DNA of 64,000 bases from NCBI GenBank assembly GCA_965644265.1, contig OZ286461.1, forward strand, positions 87,792,001 to 87,856,000, read 5' to 3'. Positions 56,301 to 64,000 of the stretch are shown one piece after another; the first letter of the stretch is position 1, and the number at the start of each line of letters is the position of its first letter. The notes beneath the pieces are model-generated. The model saw nothing but the letters and a program-made list of their open reading frames with translations. It had not been told where the DNA came from and made no database searches. Position numbers and translations under genes: made by a program. This stretch comes from Glycera tridactyla (taxonomy: Eukaryota).

Positions 56301-59264
56301 TTTTCAAAAGCGGGATATAAAAAGGCTGATGGCTATTAAACGATGATTCAAATGGGGATTCCCATGTACTGCCAATCATAATGGCAAATTACGACAATTT
56401 TGCTGCTTGATGAACGTAAATTGACCTACTTTGGATCAGTTTAATGAAGTGATTCATGAAGTTTCAACCACTCTTCTAGCAATCTTGGGTTACGTGATGG
56501 AATAGTGGCTTTGCTCTGTGACGATTCCATGATTTACATTTTGCCATAGTTTTGGGCAGTCACTCTTGACATTTCTTCCGAAGAATATTCCATAATTATG
56601 ATTTCAGGATGAGGAAATTCAACAAAACTTGAAATTAGGGAAATGATATTTAAGTAGAATTGTTAGTAGAAAAGCAACAACTCTGCACATGGGCTAAGCA
56701 CGTCATATCTGAAATCTCCATGAAAATATGCCACTGCTTGGAAATCTCCCAGTAGCCAGGTAAGAAGGTGACACTTGGAAGTCATAATAGCGAAAGCATT
56801 TATGATAAGACATCCAATGGCAATAGAATAGAGTTTGTCGAACCACATGTCAGAAACAAGGGAAATATCTGACAACAAACAAAACCGCTGAGAGTTGAGG
56901 GATGGGGTTGATGGATGATTGGGAACAATGGGATGCTGGCTGATTTAGAAAAATAATTAAAAGTGGTAGGATAAATTCAAACATTCTTAACAGAGGATGG
57001 GAATGACCATTTTCTAGAAAATATTAGGATCTGGCCAAATTAAGAATCCACATTGACAAAATGGAGAGTGGACCCCCTCCCCCAGCCGACCCCCCACCCA
57101 TATGTTAAAATCATGTCACCCAAGCACATAAAGTTTCAGAATATAACATGTGGACAGTTGAAAAATATAGGGGCTCGCATCATCCAAATTCAGGCCAGCA
57201 TCGTATTAGCAACACACTTAAAAAGGACAAAATTGGCCACTCAATGGAGGACAATAGCTCACAATGCGGCCAATTTGGCAACGTAACCACCGGCGAACCT
57301 AGGTGCAGCTGGCGGGCTACCACCAAGGCAGGTATCAGTGAATGCCACCTCATCAGCCCCAGATGAAGTAGGTGAGAGGCAGAATAAGCTACATTTCCTA
57401 GCCCCACGTGGAAACCCCTAGAATGCCATTCTCATATATCATGGCACAAATATATAGCAGTCCGTCTGCACCTTCGATTGCATGTGTTCCACACTAATTA
57501 CCTGTGACCCAATTTACCTGCACTAACTCAGTTCTACACCACTCCATGCAATAAACTCACTTCTCTGTATATCATAGTAAGGAGAGATATGTGATATAAT
57601 ATTCAAAATGGCGATAGCAGCTGAATCGAATCCAAAATCAGAGCTGAGCTGCATTTAGAAGTAATAATACACTCACAGAATTTACAACTTAAACCTTTTT
57701 TCTGTAATCTGTTCTGGAGAACTCATGATATGTTCTTCTTGAGCATGTATGTTTGATAAATATGATTTGACTTCCAGTGGAATATGATCATAGATTTCAA
57801 GTCTAATACGACCCATCTATCTCAAGAACAAGCATATGCCTATTTGCACAATTGGCATATGTATGAATAGAAGATTGGGAACATATTGCAGATTCTAGAA
57901 TTTGACAGTTGAATGAAATGGAGTCCATGAGTTACTCCCTGTGGAACTTCAAGTGGAATACAATCATATATTTCAAGTCTGATGTGACCATTTGACTCAA
58001 GTACAAACATTGGTCTATATGCACAACCAGCATTTGCAAGTATGAGAACATATTGCAGATTCTAGAATTTGACGATTTACTGAAATTGCGTCCATGAGCT
58101 ACTCCCTGTGAGACTCAATGAGATGACACCGGCAGTGTCCCGATGTTTTGCATAATACCTTACTTCAACTCTCCTACACAGAAACTTATATCATACACAA
58201 GGCATGATGCCTTCAGAATCTTTGGGGTTTTAACAGCTAGCCTCACATAAGAAATATGGAAAGTCTTTTTGTGACAGAGATAAGTGTGCTACATAATTGC
58301 ACGGTTGCGGATATACTATACATGAATTCTATACTCAGTAACCTCCACAGGCAAATAGTGTGAACACAGGTAAGGGAAATACTTACAAACTGCATATATT
58401 TCACAAACCATTGATGAGATGATATCAAACTCGCATATAATTTGAGGAGCATGGGTTCCAAACGCCCCGAGACACATGCTCTAGCAAACCTTGCAAATGA
58501 TATCTAGCACTATAGGAGCTGCACCACTATGGTTATACATTTGATAAACCTAACAATTGTGGTGGCAATACCTGCTGAGTGGCAATCGTAACAATACATA
58601 TACAATTAATTCCCATGCTTGTTAAGTATACCATACTTATGTATTCAAGATCAGATAAAATAGTGCAAATGTAATCATCAGAATAAAGCAGATATGAGAA
58701 CTAATTAATGTAAAAATATGAGAATTGATAGAAACAATTTTCAAGTCTTCACCAAAAAATGTAAATCAGGTAATGTCAAATGAATATAAATATTGAAAGT
58801 ATATATTAATGCGAAATTTGATACACAGAAAAAAGAAAAGAAATGAACAACTTGGTGACATTTCATTTTGATTCAGAAATCATAAGCTAAAAGATATGTA
58901 TGTATAATTGCGACTCTGAAGGACTGCCATGGACGGGATAGAGAGGGGCCACCGCGGTGGTATTCACATGGCACCTGCTTTGTTGCTAGTCACAACAGCC
59001 TGCCTAGGTTGCCATAGCAACTATAGTTGGACTGCTTTGTGGTTAACACCAGGTAGACATGTTGCTATAACAACGCACCTGAAGATGAAGATGAAAAGGA
59101 TGAGGAGTGCAAAGAAGGTTGCCACGTTGTCCATGGTTCGCAGCATGATGACCAGTTGATAACGGAGAGCCGGCAGGAACCGCACCAACTTGAGAATACG
59201 CAACAATCGGAATGTACGCAGCACTGACAGACCACTGTCTCCACCTTGACTCAACTCTACCAAA
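978..59264 (-). CDS. CACNA1G/H/I: T-type voltage-gated calcium channel alpha-1 subunit (Cav3), partial multi-exon gene: domain II S3 to the end of the II-III linker
   Basis: Ten exons with AG/GT boundaries whose phases chain correctly (2-2, 2-0 [two alternatives], 0-0, 0-1, 1-0, 0-2, 2-2, 2-1, 1-0). Translation has the S4 voltage sensor [24 protein letters not shown], the pore motif TQEDW and IIS6 [18 protein letters not shown], all Cav3 hallmarks. Invertebrates usually have one Cav3, so no single vertebrate paralogue is assigned. Confidence 0.97.
1592..2498 (+). mobile_element. Non-autonomous Helentron/HINE-like element, family A
   Basis: Subterminal inverted repeat CCTCGTCTCAAC (1616-1627) / GTTGAGACGAGG (2481-2492). 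5' hairpin gccttca-c-tgaaggc; about four diverged ~147-bp internal units; (GACACC/GACGCC)n microsatellite 2421-2450; 3' hairpin ctcaac-ttc-gttgag. Confidence 0.75.
4196..4258. repeat. (CA)n-rich microsatellite
   Basis: cacacacacacac...gcacacacgcac...cacacac. Confidence 0.85.
5640..6032 (+). mobile_element. HINE/pearl-like element fragment, family B
   Basis: Two internal aagggcaat... units, GACG/GATT microsatellite at 5951-5987, 3' hairpin atccct...agggat (6001-6025). The 5' end could not be defined. Confidence 0.6.
7141..7218. repeat. Local 37-bp tandem duplication
   Basis: tcctgat.aaa.ccaaacaaat.tgcatcatgaatt occurs twice. Confidence 0.7.
8667..8815 (-). CDS. CACNA1G/H/I: Cav3 exon: II-III linker, DCNG motif and Ser-rich repeats (149 nt, phase 2-1)
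   Basis: Acceptor catttacctctgttttcag; donor gtaagt. Encodes [49 protein letters not shown]. Confidence 0.88.
10553..11208 (+). mobile_element. HINE-like element, family C, short 5'-truncated copy with four 145-bp units
   Basis: gtgaccttgacc at 10591, 10736, 10881 and 11026. The 3' module (gggtacgaaaatcaaattctcg...cggacgtacgtacg...gcggggtata) closely matches 56110-56320. Confidence 0.85.
11343..11410. repeat. (CCT)n/(CAT)n microsatellite
   Basis: Run of atc/cat triplets; explains the poly-Ile in ORF 11337..11690. Confidence 0.9.
13884..14006 (-). CDS. CACNA1G/H/I: Cav3 exon: II-III linker, frame-symmetric (123 nt, phase 2-2)
   Basis: Acceptor ttttgtttgtttttgcttgacag; donor gtacaa. Encodes [45 protein letters not shown] ahead of DCNG in the next exon mirrors TLQVP...DCNG in Cav3.1 (recalled, not aligned). 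Confidence 0.75.
15088..17682. mobile_element. Foldback-like element, or inverted pair of repeat copies, with ~174-bp tandem units in the arms
   Basis: 15088-15365 is the reverse complement of 17411-17682 (gtccagtggatgag.../...cttatccactggac), with TA outside both ends. The left arm continues as about four tandem units to ~15885; a degenerate copy of the end lies at ~16371-16440. Confidence 0.7.
18610..18730. repeat. Local ~58-bp tandem duplication
   Basis: ttga.tttgatcaaat...acctattgtg...acaatgatgtt occurs twice. Confidence 0.7.
22235..22458 (-). CDS. CACNA1G/H/I: Cav3 exon: II-III linker (224 nt, phase 0-2)
   Basis: Acceptor gtgtcatttcag; donor gtaaat. Encodes [74 protein letters not shown]; SARSTP resembles SARSSP of vertebrate Cav3.1. 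Confidence 0.88.
22683..22939 (-). CDS. CACNA1G/H/I: Cav3 exon: II-III linker containing [11 protein letters not shown] (257 nt, phase 1-0)
   Basis: Acceptor tttcaatttctctcatgtag; donor gtaagt. Encodes [85 protein letters not shown]; PxIxHTAATP is a conserved Cav3 linker motif. Confidence 0.93.
23573..23801 (-). CDS. CACNA1G/H/I: Cav3 exon: proximal II-III linker, highly charged (229 nt, phase 0-1)
   Basis: Acceptor ttgccttatctcttcacag; donor gtaagt. Encodes [76 protein letters not shown]; phases match both neighbours. A second in-frame AG at 23763-23764 makes the 5' boundary uncertain. Confidence 0.8.
29493..29648 (-). CDS. CACNA1G/H/I: Cav3 exon: domain II selectivity filter and S6 (156 nt, phase 0-0)
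   Basis: Acceptor gttccatggtag; donor gtgagt. Encodes [52 protein letters not shown], with the filter Glu followed by Asp. Confidence 0.97.
30595..33052 (+). mobile_element. HINE-like element, family D, with a 170-182-bp internal satellite array
   Basis: Starts AACAAG. Perfect subterminal inverted repeat GTCCCCCGCCG (30617-30627) / CGGCGGGGGAC (33037-33047); about 12-13 tandem units; (GGAC)n microsatellite 32901-33003; 3' hairpin gtccccc...gggggac. Confidence 0.88.
36370..36526 (-). CDS. CACNA1G/H/I: Cav3 alternative turret exon, 12b-like (157 nt, phase 2-0, five cysteines)
   Basis: Acceptor gtctcttctgccgtgtgcatgcag; donor gtaaaa. Encodes (S)[52 protein letters not shown], pattern C...CxC...CxC; paralogous to 38165-38282. 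Confidence 0.95.
38165..38282 (-). CDS. CACNA1G/H/I: Cav3 alternative turret exon, 12a-like (118 nt, phase 2-0, three cysteines)
   Basis: Acceptor gtctttcatttctacag with an upstream ctaac branch-point-like motif; donor gtagac. Encodes (S)[39 protein letters not shown], pattern CxxC...C. Confidence 0.95.
42279..42455. mobile_element. Tc1/mariner-superfamily-like MITE (177 bp)
   Basis: Terminal inverted repeat CAGTGAAACCTG/CAGGTTTCACTG, with TA on both sides. Confidence 0.85.
42865..43025. mobile_element. Tc1/mariner-superfamily-like MITE (161 bp), related to 42279-42455
   Basis: Terminal inverted repeat CAGTAAAACCTG/CAGGTTTTACTG, TA on both sides, shared internal aaatcctgtc repeats. Confidence 0.85.
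44071..44191. mobile_element. Small MITE (121 bp), Tc2/pogo-like ends
   Basis: Perfect 13-bp terminal inverted repeat CCGTATATTGCCG/CGGCAATATACGG flanked by TA. Confidence 0.75.
44690..45735 (+). pseudogene. 5'-truncated, frameshifted RTE-like non-LTR retrotransposon (reverse transcriptase remnant)
   Basis: Fragments across frames: [45 protein letters not shown] (decayed F/YADD), [22 protein letters not shown]; ends in a (GCAA)-type short tandem tail. Confidence 0.9.
46221..46337. mobile_element. Possible piggyBac-like MITE remnant
   Basis: 12-bp inverted repeat ACCCTGAAAGCT/AGCTTTCAGGGT; TTAA on the left only. Confidence 0.3.
47859..47992. other. Assembly gap
   Basis: Run of N. Confidence 1.
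51581..51620 (+). ncRNA. Candidate minimal (Penelope-type) hammerhead ribozyme, degenerate
   Basis: tgtag-CTGATGA-aaggg/agtgc/tcctt-GAA-AGCT-T-ccaca: conserved core, stem II, palindromic AGCT stem III, stem I with one mismatch. Confidence 0.45.
53320..56323 (+). mobile_element. HINE-like element, family C, full-length copy with about 18-19 x 145-bp units
   Basis: Starts AACAAG. Subterminal repeat TATACCCCGC (53341-53350) / GCGGGATATA (56310-56319, one mismatch; the 11.2-kb copy matches perfectly). 31-bp dimer at 53348-53409; (GGAC)(GTAC)n microsatellite; 3' hairpin ccgctttt-ttc-aaaagcgg. Confidence 0.9.
57770..58115 (+). repeat. Diverged tandem dimer, ~167-176-bp unit
   Basis: Exact 28-mer gaacatattgcagattctagaatttgac at 57879 and 58046; shared agtggaata and ccatgagytactccctgtg. 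Confidence 0.75.
59079..59264 (-). CDS. CACNA1G/H/I: Cav3 exon: domain II S3-S4-S5 (186 nt, phase 2-2)
   Basis: Acceptor ttcttttcag, donor gtgcgt. Encodes [61 protein letters not shown], closely resembling vertebrate Cav3 IIS4-S5. Confidence 0.97.
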
Positions 59265-60199
59265 CTGAAAAGAAATCAGAGCAAATTGAGTACTAAGCAC
59301 ATGGCAGTCAACACTCAAAAATTATTGTTTGTAGCATAAATGCAACCATCCATATTTGAGGACAGAAAAAATTTGTATGAGATGAGATGAGATCAGAAGC
59401 ATTTAATTGACCTTCACAGGTTACATGTTCATGTATATATGAATAATACAGGATATTCAGCATAACCGTGACATTCATACTTGTGAAACTCCTCTTAATA
59501 AATCCTCACATGGGATTATAGCAATGCAAAAATGGATGCCAGTCCCATAGTACTTTATAGCAAATGCATTCTTATTTGGTATGCAAACATTCATTTGAAA
59601 TTGGGTACAATTGTCAGCCAGAGGCTGCCTGTAATAGGGCCTACTGTTTCTACATGAATACAAACATGTACTTGGAAGTATGTCTATACATCCACCCTGT
59701 ATCGAGGATATGGTAAAACATGTCATACTGATTGTCAAGATACTTGTGAACTTTGTACACTACATTGTTCTCATTTCCAGCTTCTCTAGTTAAGTCTTGT
59801 ATTTAAGAGTTCTGAGATTGATGATTGCTTGGGACAGTGCCAACTACAGAACAGCTAGCTCTGTACCGCAGTAACAGAAGTGGCTGCCACCTATTATTAG
59901 CTTCCTGCTGTAACATGAACTCTGGTGGAATTTGCAGATACTACCAGTCTCTTTTCACCTCAGCAGAGGTCTCTTCTTGGCAGATGATGCCGGCAGAGTA
60001 ATAGGAGCCAGAACAGGACAATATACTGCATACTGATGAATGCAACCCTGGAATACTAGATGAAAATATATCTTGCCACTGATATGAAAGAGGATAAAAA
60101 CCATTGCAGCAGGGGCTCATGAGTTTCAAAACTATCTGATACTCATTTGTATGAATACCATGGGGATGATGACGTGAGACCACCTGCTTTGAAATACTA

Positions 60200-61975
60200 C
60201 TGTATATACTCACATATAAGCCAATTTTTGGGACCAAAATATTAGTCCAGATAAAGGGGGGTCGACTTATATGCAAGACCGACTTTCACCATGTGAAGAT
60301 TGACACCAACAATTATGATTTGTTTGACTTCCAATTATGCTCACGGCCGGTCAATAAATAGTACCAAATGCAGGAATATCAACTTCAATTGCGTTTTTAA
60401 GAAAATCACGGAAAATTCACCATAAAGGTGATGAAAACTCAGCATGTATTACCATCCAACAGTGTTCCACCATTTTGGACCACATGATCAACAACGAAAA
60501 ATCTTCGATGAAATAAATCATGTAGTCAATTTCATGATATATTCAATACATCCAGGTTCTTCAGCCGGTCTCTGGACATAACAATGGCACCCAAATCACT
60601 ATCAGAGATGGCAACCTTTTGTTTTTATCGCGAAATACAGGTTTGTTTGGCTTTGAGATGTGTTTTTGGTAGCAGGAACCACCACATTGTGGATTGTAAT
60701 AATAATAATGATAATTTACTGGTGAGTACGGGAATCTTGTCAATCGAGAGACCGCAAGGTGTAAGCAGCCTGCCCGGGAACCCCACAGTCGCTTGAGGCA
60801 GCATAGACACCCATAGTGACAGGCCGCTTGCCATTTACCAGTGAGAACAGGGTCAATCAAGAGACCGCAAGGTGTAAGCAGCCTCCCCGAGATGACCTGT
60901 TACCACCCGGGAACCCCTGTTTGACCTGATCCCGGCCATGTTTACAAATGTCATATTCGCGCATTTACTCGCATACGCCCATTTTTTGACACCAAAAAGT
61001 CGAAGAAAAAGAAGGGAGGGGGCTTATACGTGAGTACAAATTATGGCAGAGCCAAATATCAATGTAAACGAAGACCCGTGATCTGGTAGGGGCTTCGCAA
61101 GCGGCCACTGCCATCTTGAATTTTGAAAGAACCCAACAAAAACACGTGTAAATATCATTAAATTCAACGAGGTTCCCCAACAAATAAAATTTATTGCGTG
61201 GTTCTCAAGAAATTGATATTTTCATAACACGCAATCAAATGGTCCAACACGAGTAGACGCCATTGCGTAACACTAACCAGAACGCTGCAAATGATGTTTA
61301 TCACAACTCATGATCGCTCTAAAAACGCCCAAAATACTGCCGGATGTCAATCAAATAGTCCCATCCGTACGAATATTTATTCTAATGGCACGAATGATGA
61401 TCGTTTGGTGGAAAATCCCAAAAATTTCACCAGAAACTCAGCCTGTATAACCATCCGATTGTGTTCTGCCATTTCGACCATCATTGGATCACATGATCAA
61501 TAACAGGAAAAAATAGAAAAAAGCCAATTTGCATAATTATATATATACCTATATATGATGTATTTTTGGGGTTATCCCTTTTATCCGGGGATGCCAGTCT
61601 CGTAACTAGCCACAACAATGGCGACCAAATTGCTGTTTCAGAAGCCAGCCTTTCATTTTTATCAGGAAATGCATGCTCATTCGGCCATGACATGTGTTTT
61701 CAGTGGCGGAGATCACTTCAACATGTATTGTACCAGTGAATCATTGAAGTGTGGAGGCGCAAACGAACCAACAATAGCTGGGGTAAGGGGCGAATTGGCT
61801 TCTCTACACGGTTGTCTCTGATGTATCACTTGACTCTTCGCTGAACTTCACCGTGTTCAATCAGCAGAATCACAGGGGCGGCTTACATATGGGAAATTGA
61901 CTAAATCCCGACTTTTGGAGGCGAGATTGTACCCCGGCTTTTACATGGAGAAGGTTTATATGCGAGTATACATGG
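60200..61975. mobile_element. Non-autonomous Tc2-like DNA transposon remnant
   Basis: Imperfect ends ctgtatatactcacatataagcc / ggtttatatgcgagtatacatgg with TA flanks. A similar short module lies at ~60955-61045; no transposase ORF recognised. Confidence 0.55.
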
Positions 61976-62837
61976 TATCTGGCTTTCACTGATACAGTAT
62001 CACTCTCAGCTGTATGTGGAATCAAACTTAACACTAGATGAAATATTTCCTTATGACATGCAACAAAAATTTGATTTGATATGATAGGTATGATGTGATA
62101 AGTATTATTCTGAAAATAAAACAATAATGACTCATTCAACAAATCTACAAGATGTATAAGATATTTACAGAAACCCTTATCTGATAATGAAAGAAAACTG
62201 GCATGTTTTAGCCATAGCAGCTACTTCAAATGATCTAAATATGCACAGAAAAATCCTGCCTTTTTTGGAAGTGGATGCTCCTGTGTTGTTGACTTTGATG
62301 CAAGATGATGAAGATTTTGACCAAATGGCCGAATTTGTGAGATCAGACCACCCAGCTGGCTGTGGGAATTTGAAGTAGGTTTTGTCGCTGATATTTGCTG
62401 AACATTTACCAATCATGAATAATTCAAGGACACGGAAGTATCACAAAACAAACTCCACAAATTGATCCGAGTTAAATCGATCTGAACAGTGAATGATCAT
62501 CCCTGAACGAATGCACCAAGTGGTCATGACATTCCCACTGGACATTTTATAAATGAATACTATTTGACGATTTTTGTGACTGCCCATTACACGATAATCA
62601 TGACAACAGATTGGCAAGAGGGTCAAGCCTGTATTATTCAATAGGTACCTGCGACTTTATACCAACATTTGCTAAATTTAGCTCCGATAAAATATAGCCT
62701 TGTTAGCCAGTTGTTGTTAGGCTATAAATAGGATGGTTTGACGTCACCACCTGTGACATGCCTGCACCATACAGTATTACAAAGACCGGGACAGCATCAA
62801 CTCTGTGTGTGAGGTGGGGAGGGGGAGGGGGGGGGGG

Positions 62838-63214
62838 NNNNNNNNNNNNNNNNNNNNNNNNNNNNNNNNNNNNNNNNNNNNNNNNNNNNNNNNNNNNNNN
62901 NNNNNNNNNNNNNNNNNNNNNNNNNNNNNNNNNNNNNNNNNNNNNNNNNNNNNNNNNNNNNNNNNNNNNNNNNNNAACAGATGCATATGTGTGTGCATGT
63001 GTTGGTGTGTGTGGACATTTGGGCATAGGAACATNNNNNNNNNNNNNNNNNNNNNNNNNNNNNNNNNNNNNNNNNNNNNNNNNNNNNNNNNNNNNNNNNN
63101 NNNNNNNNNNNNNNNNNNNNNNNNNNNNNNNNNNNNNNNNNNNNNNNNNNNNNNNNNNNNNNNNNNNNNNNNNNNNNNNNNNNNNNNNNNNNNNNNNNNN
63201 NNNNNNNNNNNNNN
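62838..63214. other. Two assembly gaps (62838-62975, 63035-63214) flanked by poly-G and TG-rich sequence
   Basis: Runs of N. Confidence 1.
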
Positions 63215-64000
63215 TATGTGTGTGCACCTATGGGTGTATGAGACACTGCATGTATATTATGCAATTTATGGTAACCAAATTGCCTGGCTTAGCTGTCTCA
63301 TGCTAGTAAAGCAGGTCTTAGTGTACAGCCTTGTGATTCAATTTTAATAGGTTGATAATGTGTGCTGATGTAAGGTATATGTTGATGGAAGGGACAAAAA
63401 ACTACAATAGACCAGCAGACTTGACTGCCTGAAAGCAATGCTACTGCCACCTTATATGATATCATGATGAGTAGCTTCGGTGCACAGTCAATGATCTATT
63501 GCAGCCCCTAGATATGACTGCAGTTGATATGCCATGCCCCGTACACGGATCTGATGAACTTACCAATCCATAAGGGTAACAATATTTGTGATGAGCTATC
63601 TCGTTCACAGGATGTAGGTGTCAGATTGTGTGTTGGGTTCTTGTTGGATGGCTTTGGTTGGTGAGGTTATGGATTTGTGTGAGATTTGTGTGTGAGAATG
63701 GCTTCTCATGCAACAGGTGCGAGAAGCTGAACCACTAGGCAGTCACGTCCAGAGTGTCAATGACACCGAAGCTCATCTGACCCTGCATTTGTAATAGTAT
63801 GCATACTAAAACCGAATGCAGAATTTGAAAAGTGACCCAATCAGCCTAATTACCAAGTTGTGAACAAGAATTACACACAAAATATAACCAAGTTGGTTGC
63901 ACAATGCTTAGTTCTAAGCAATCCAAGGCATGAATTACAGAAAAGTTCGCATACACACAGCTCATTGAGAAGGGCGGACACACCAGGGCTCCATGTTGGT

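Noticed and set aside
38283-59078. A third turret-exon variant
   Set aside because: No further LG(M)xLFG...FD..LWA-like segment was seen here or in 29649-36369. The 134-nt gap at 47859-47992 is unread.
62187-62378. Protein-like 63-aa plus-strand ORF (also 43451-43729 and 46510-46938)
   Set aside because: No recognisable motif or exon boundaries. They may be old transposon debris; only a translated database search could decide.
62703-63347. Long ORFs of 155-182 aa (also 47777-48089)
   Set aside because: Artefacts of reading through N-gaps.
59265-64000. Upstream exon for domain II S1-S3
   Set aside because: No matching peptide in the ORF track or by eye. It is probably beyond the window; the N-gaps cannot be examined.

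Overview
Eukaryotic (invertebrate animal) AT-rich genomic DNA with three N-gaps; no prokaryotic genes, CRISPR array or rRNA/tRNA were found. The window lies inside one large minus-strand gene, a T-type voltage-gated calcium channel alpha-1 subunit (Cav3; CACNA1G/H/I family). Ten exons with canonical AG/GT boundaries and compatible phases run from domain II S3-S4-S5 (59079-59264) through the domain II pore and S6 into the II-III linker (last exon 978-1177). The flanking exons lie outside the window. The main feature is a pair of mutually exclusive domain II turret exons: a 39-codon three-cysteine exon (38165-38282) and a 52-codon five-cysteine exon (36370-36526). They match the exon 12a/12b system that switches Na+/Ca2+ selectivity in Lymnaea Cav3. 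Introns hold several non-autonomous Helentron/HINE-like elements with internal satellite arrays (one with a 1009-bp seven-unit higher-order repeat), a foldback-like inverted element, TA-flanked MITEs, a decayed RTE-like LINE and a candidate minimal hammerhead ribozyme. All coordinates and translations were read by eye; no database searches were run.
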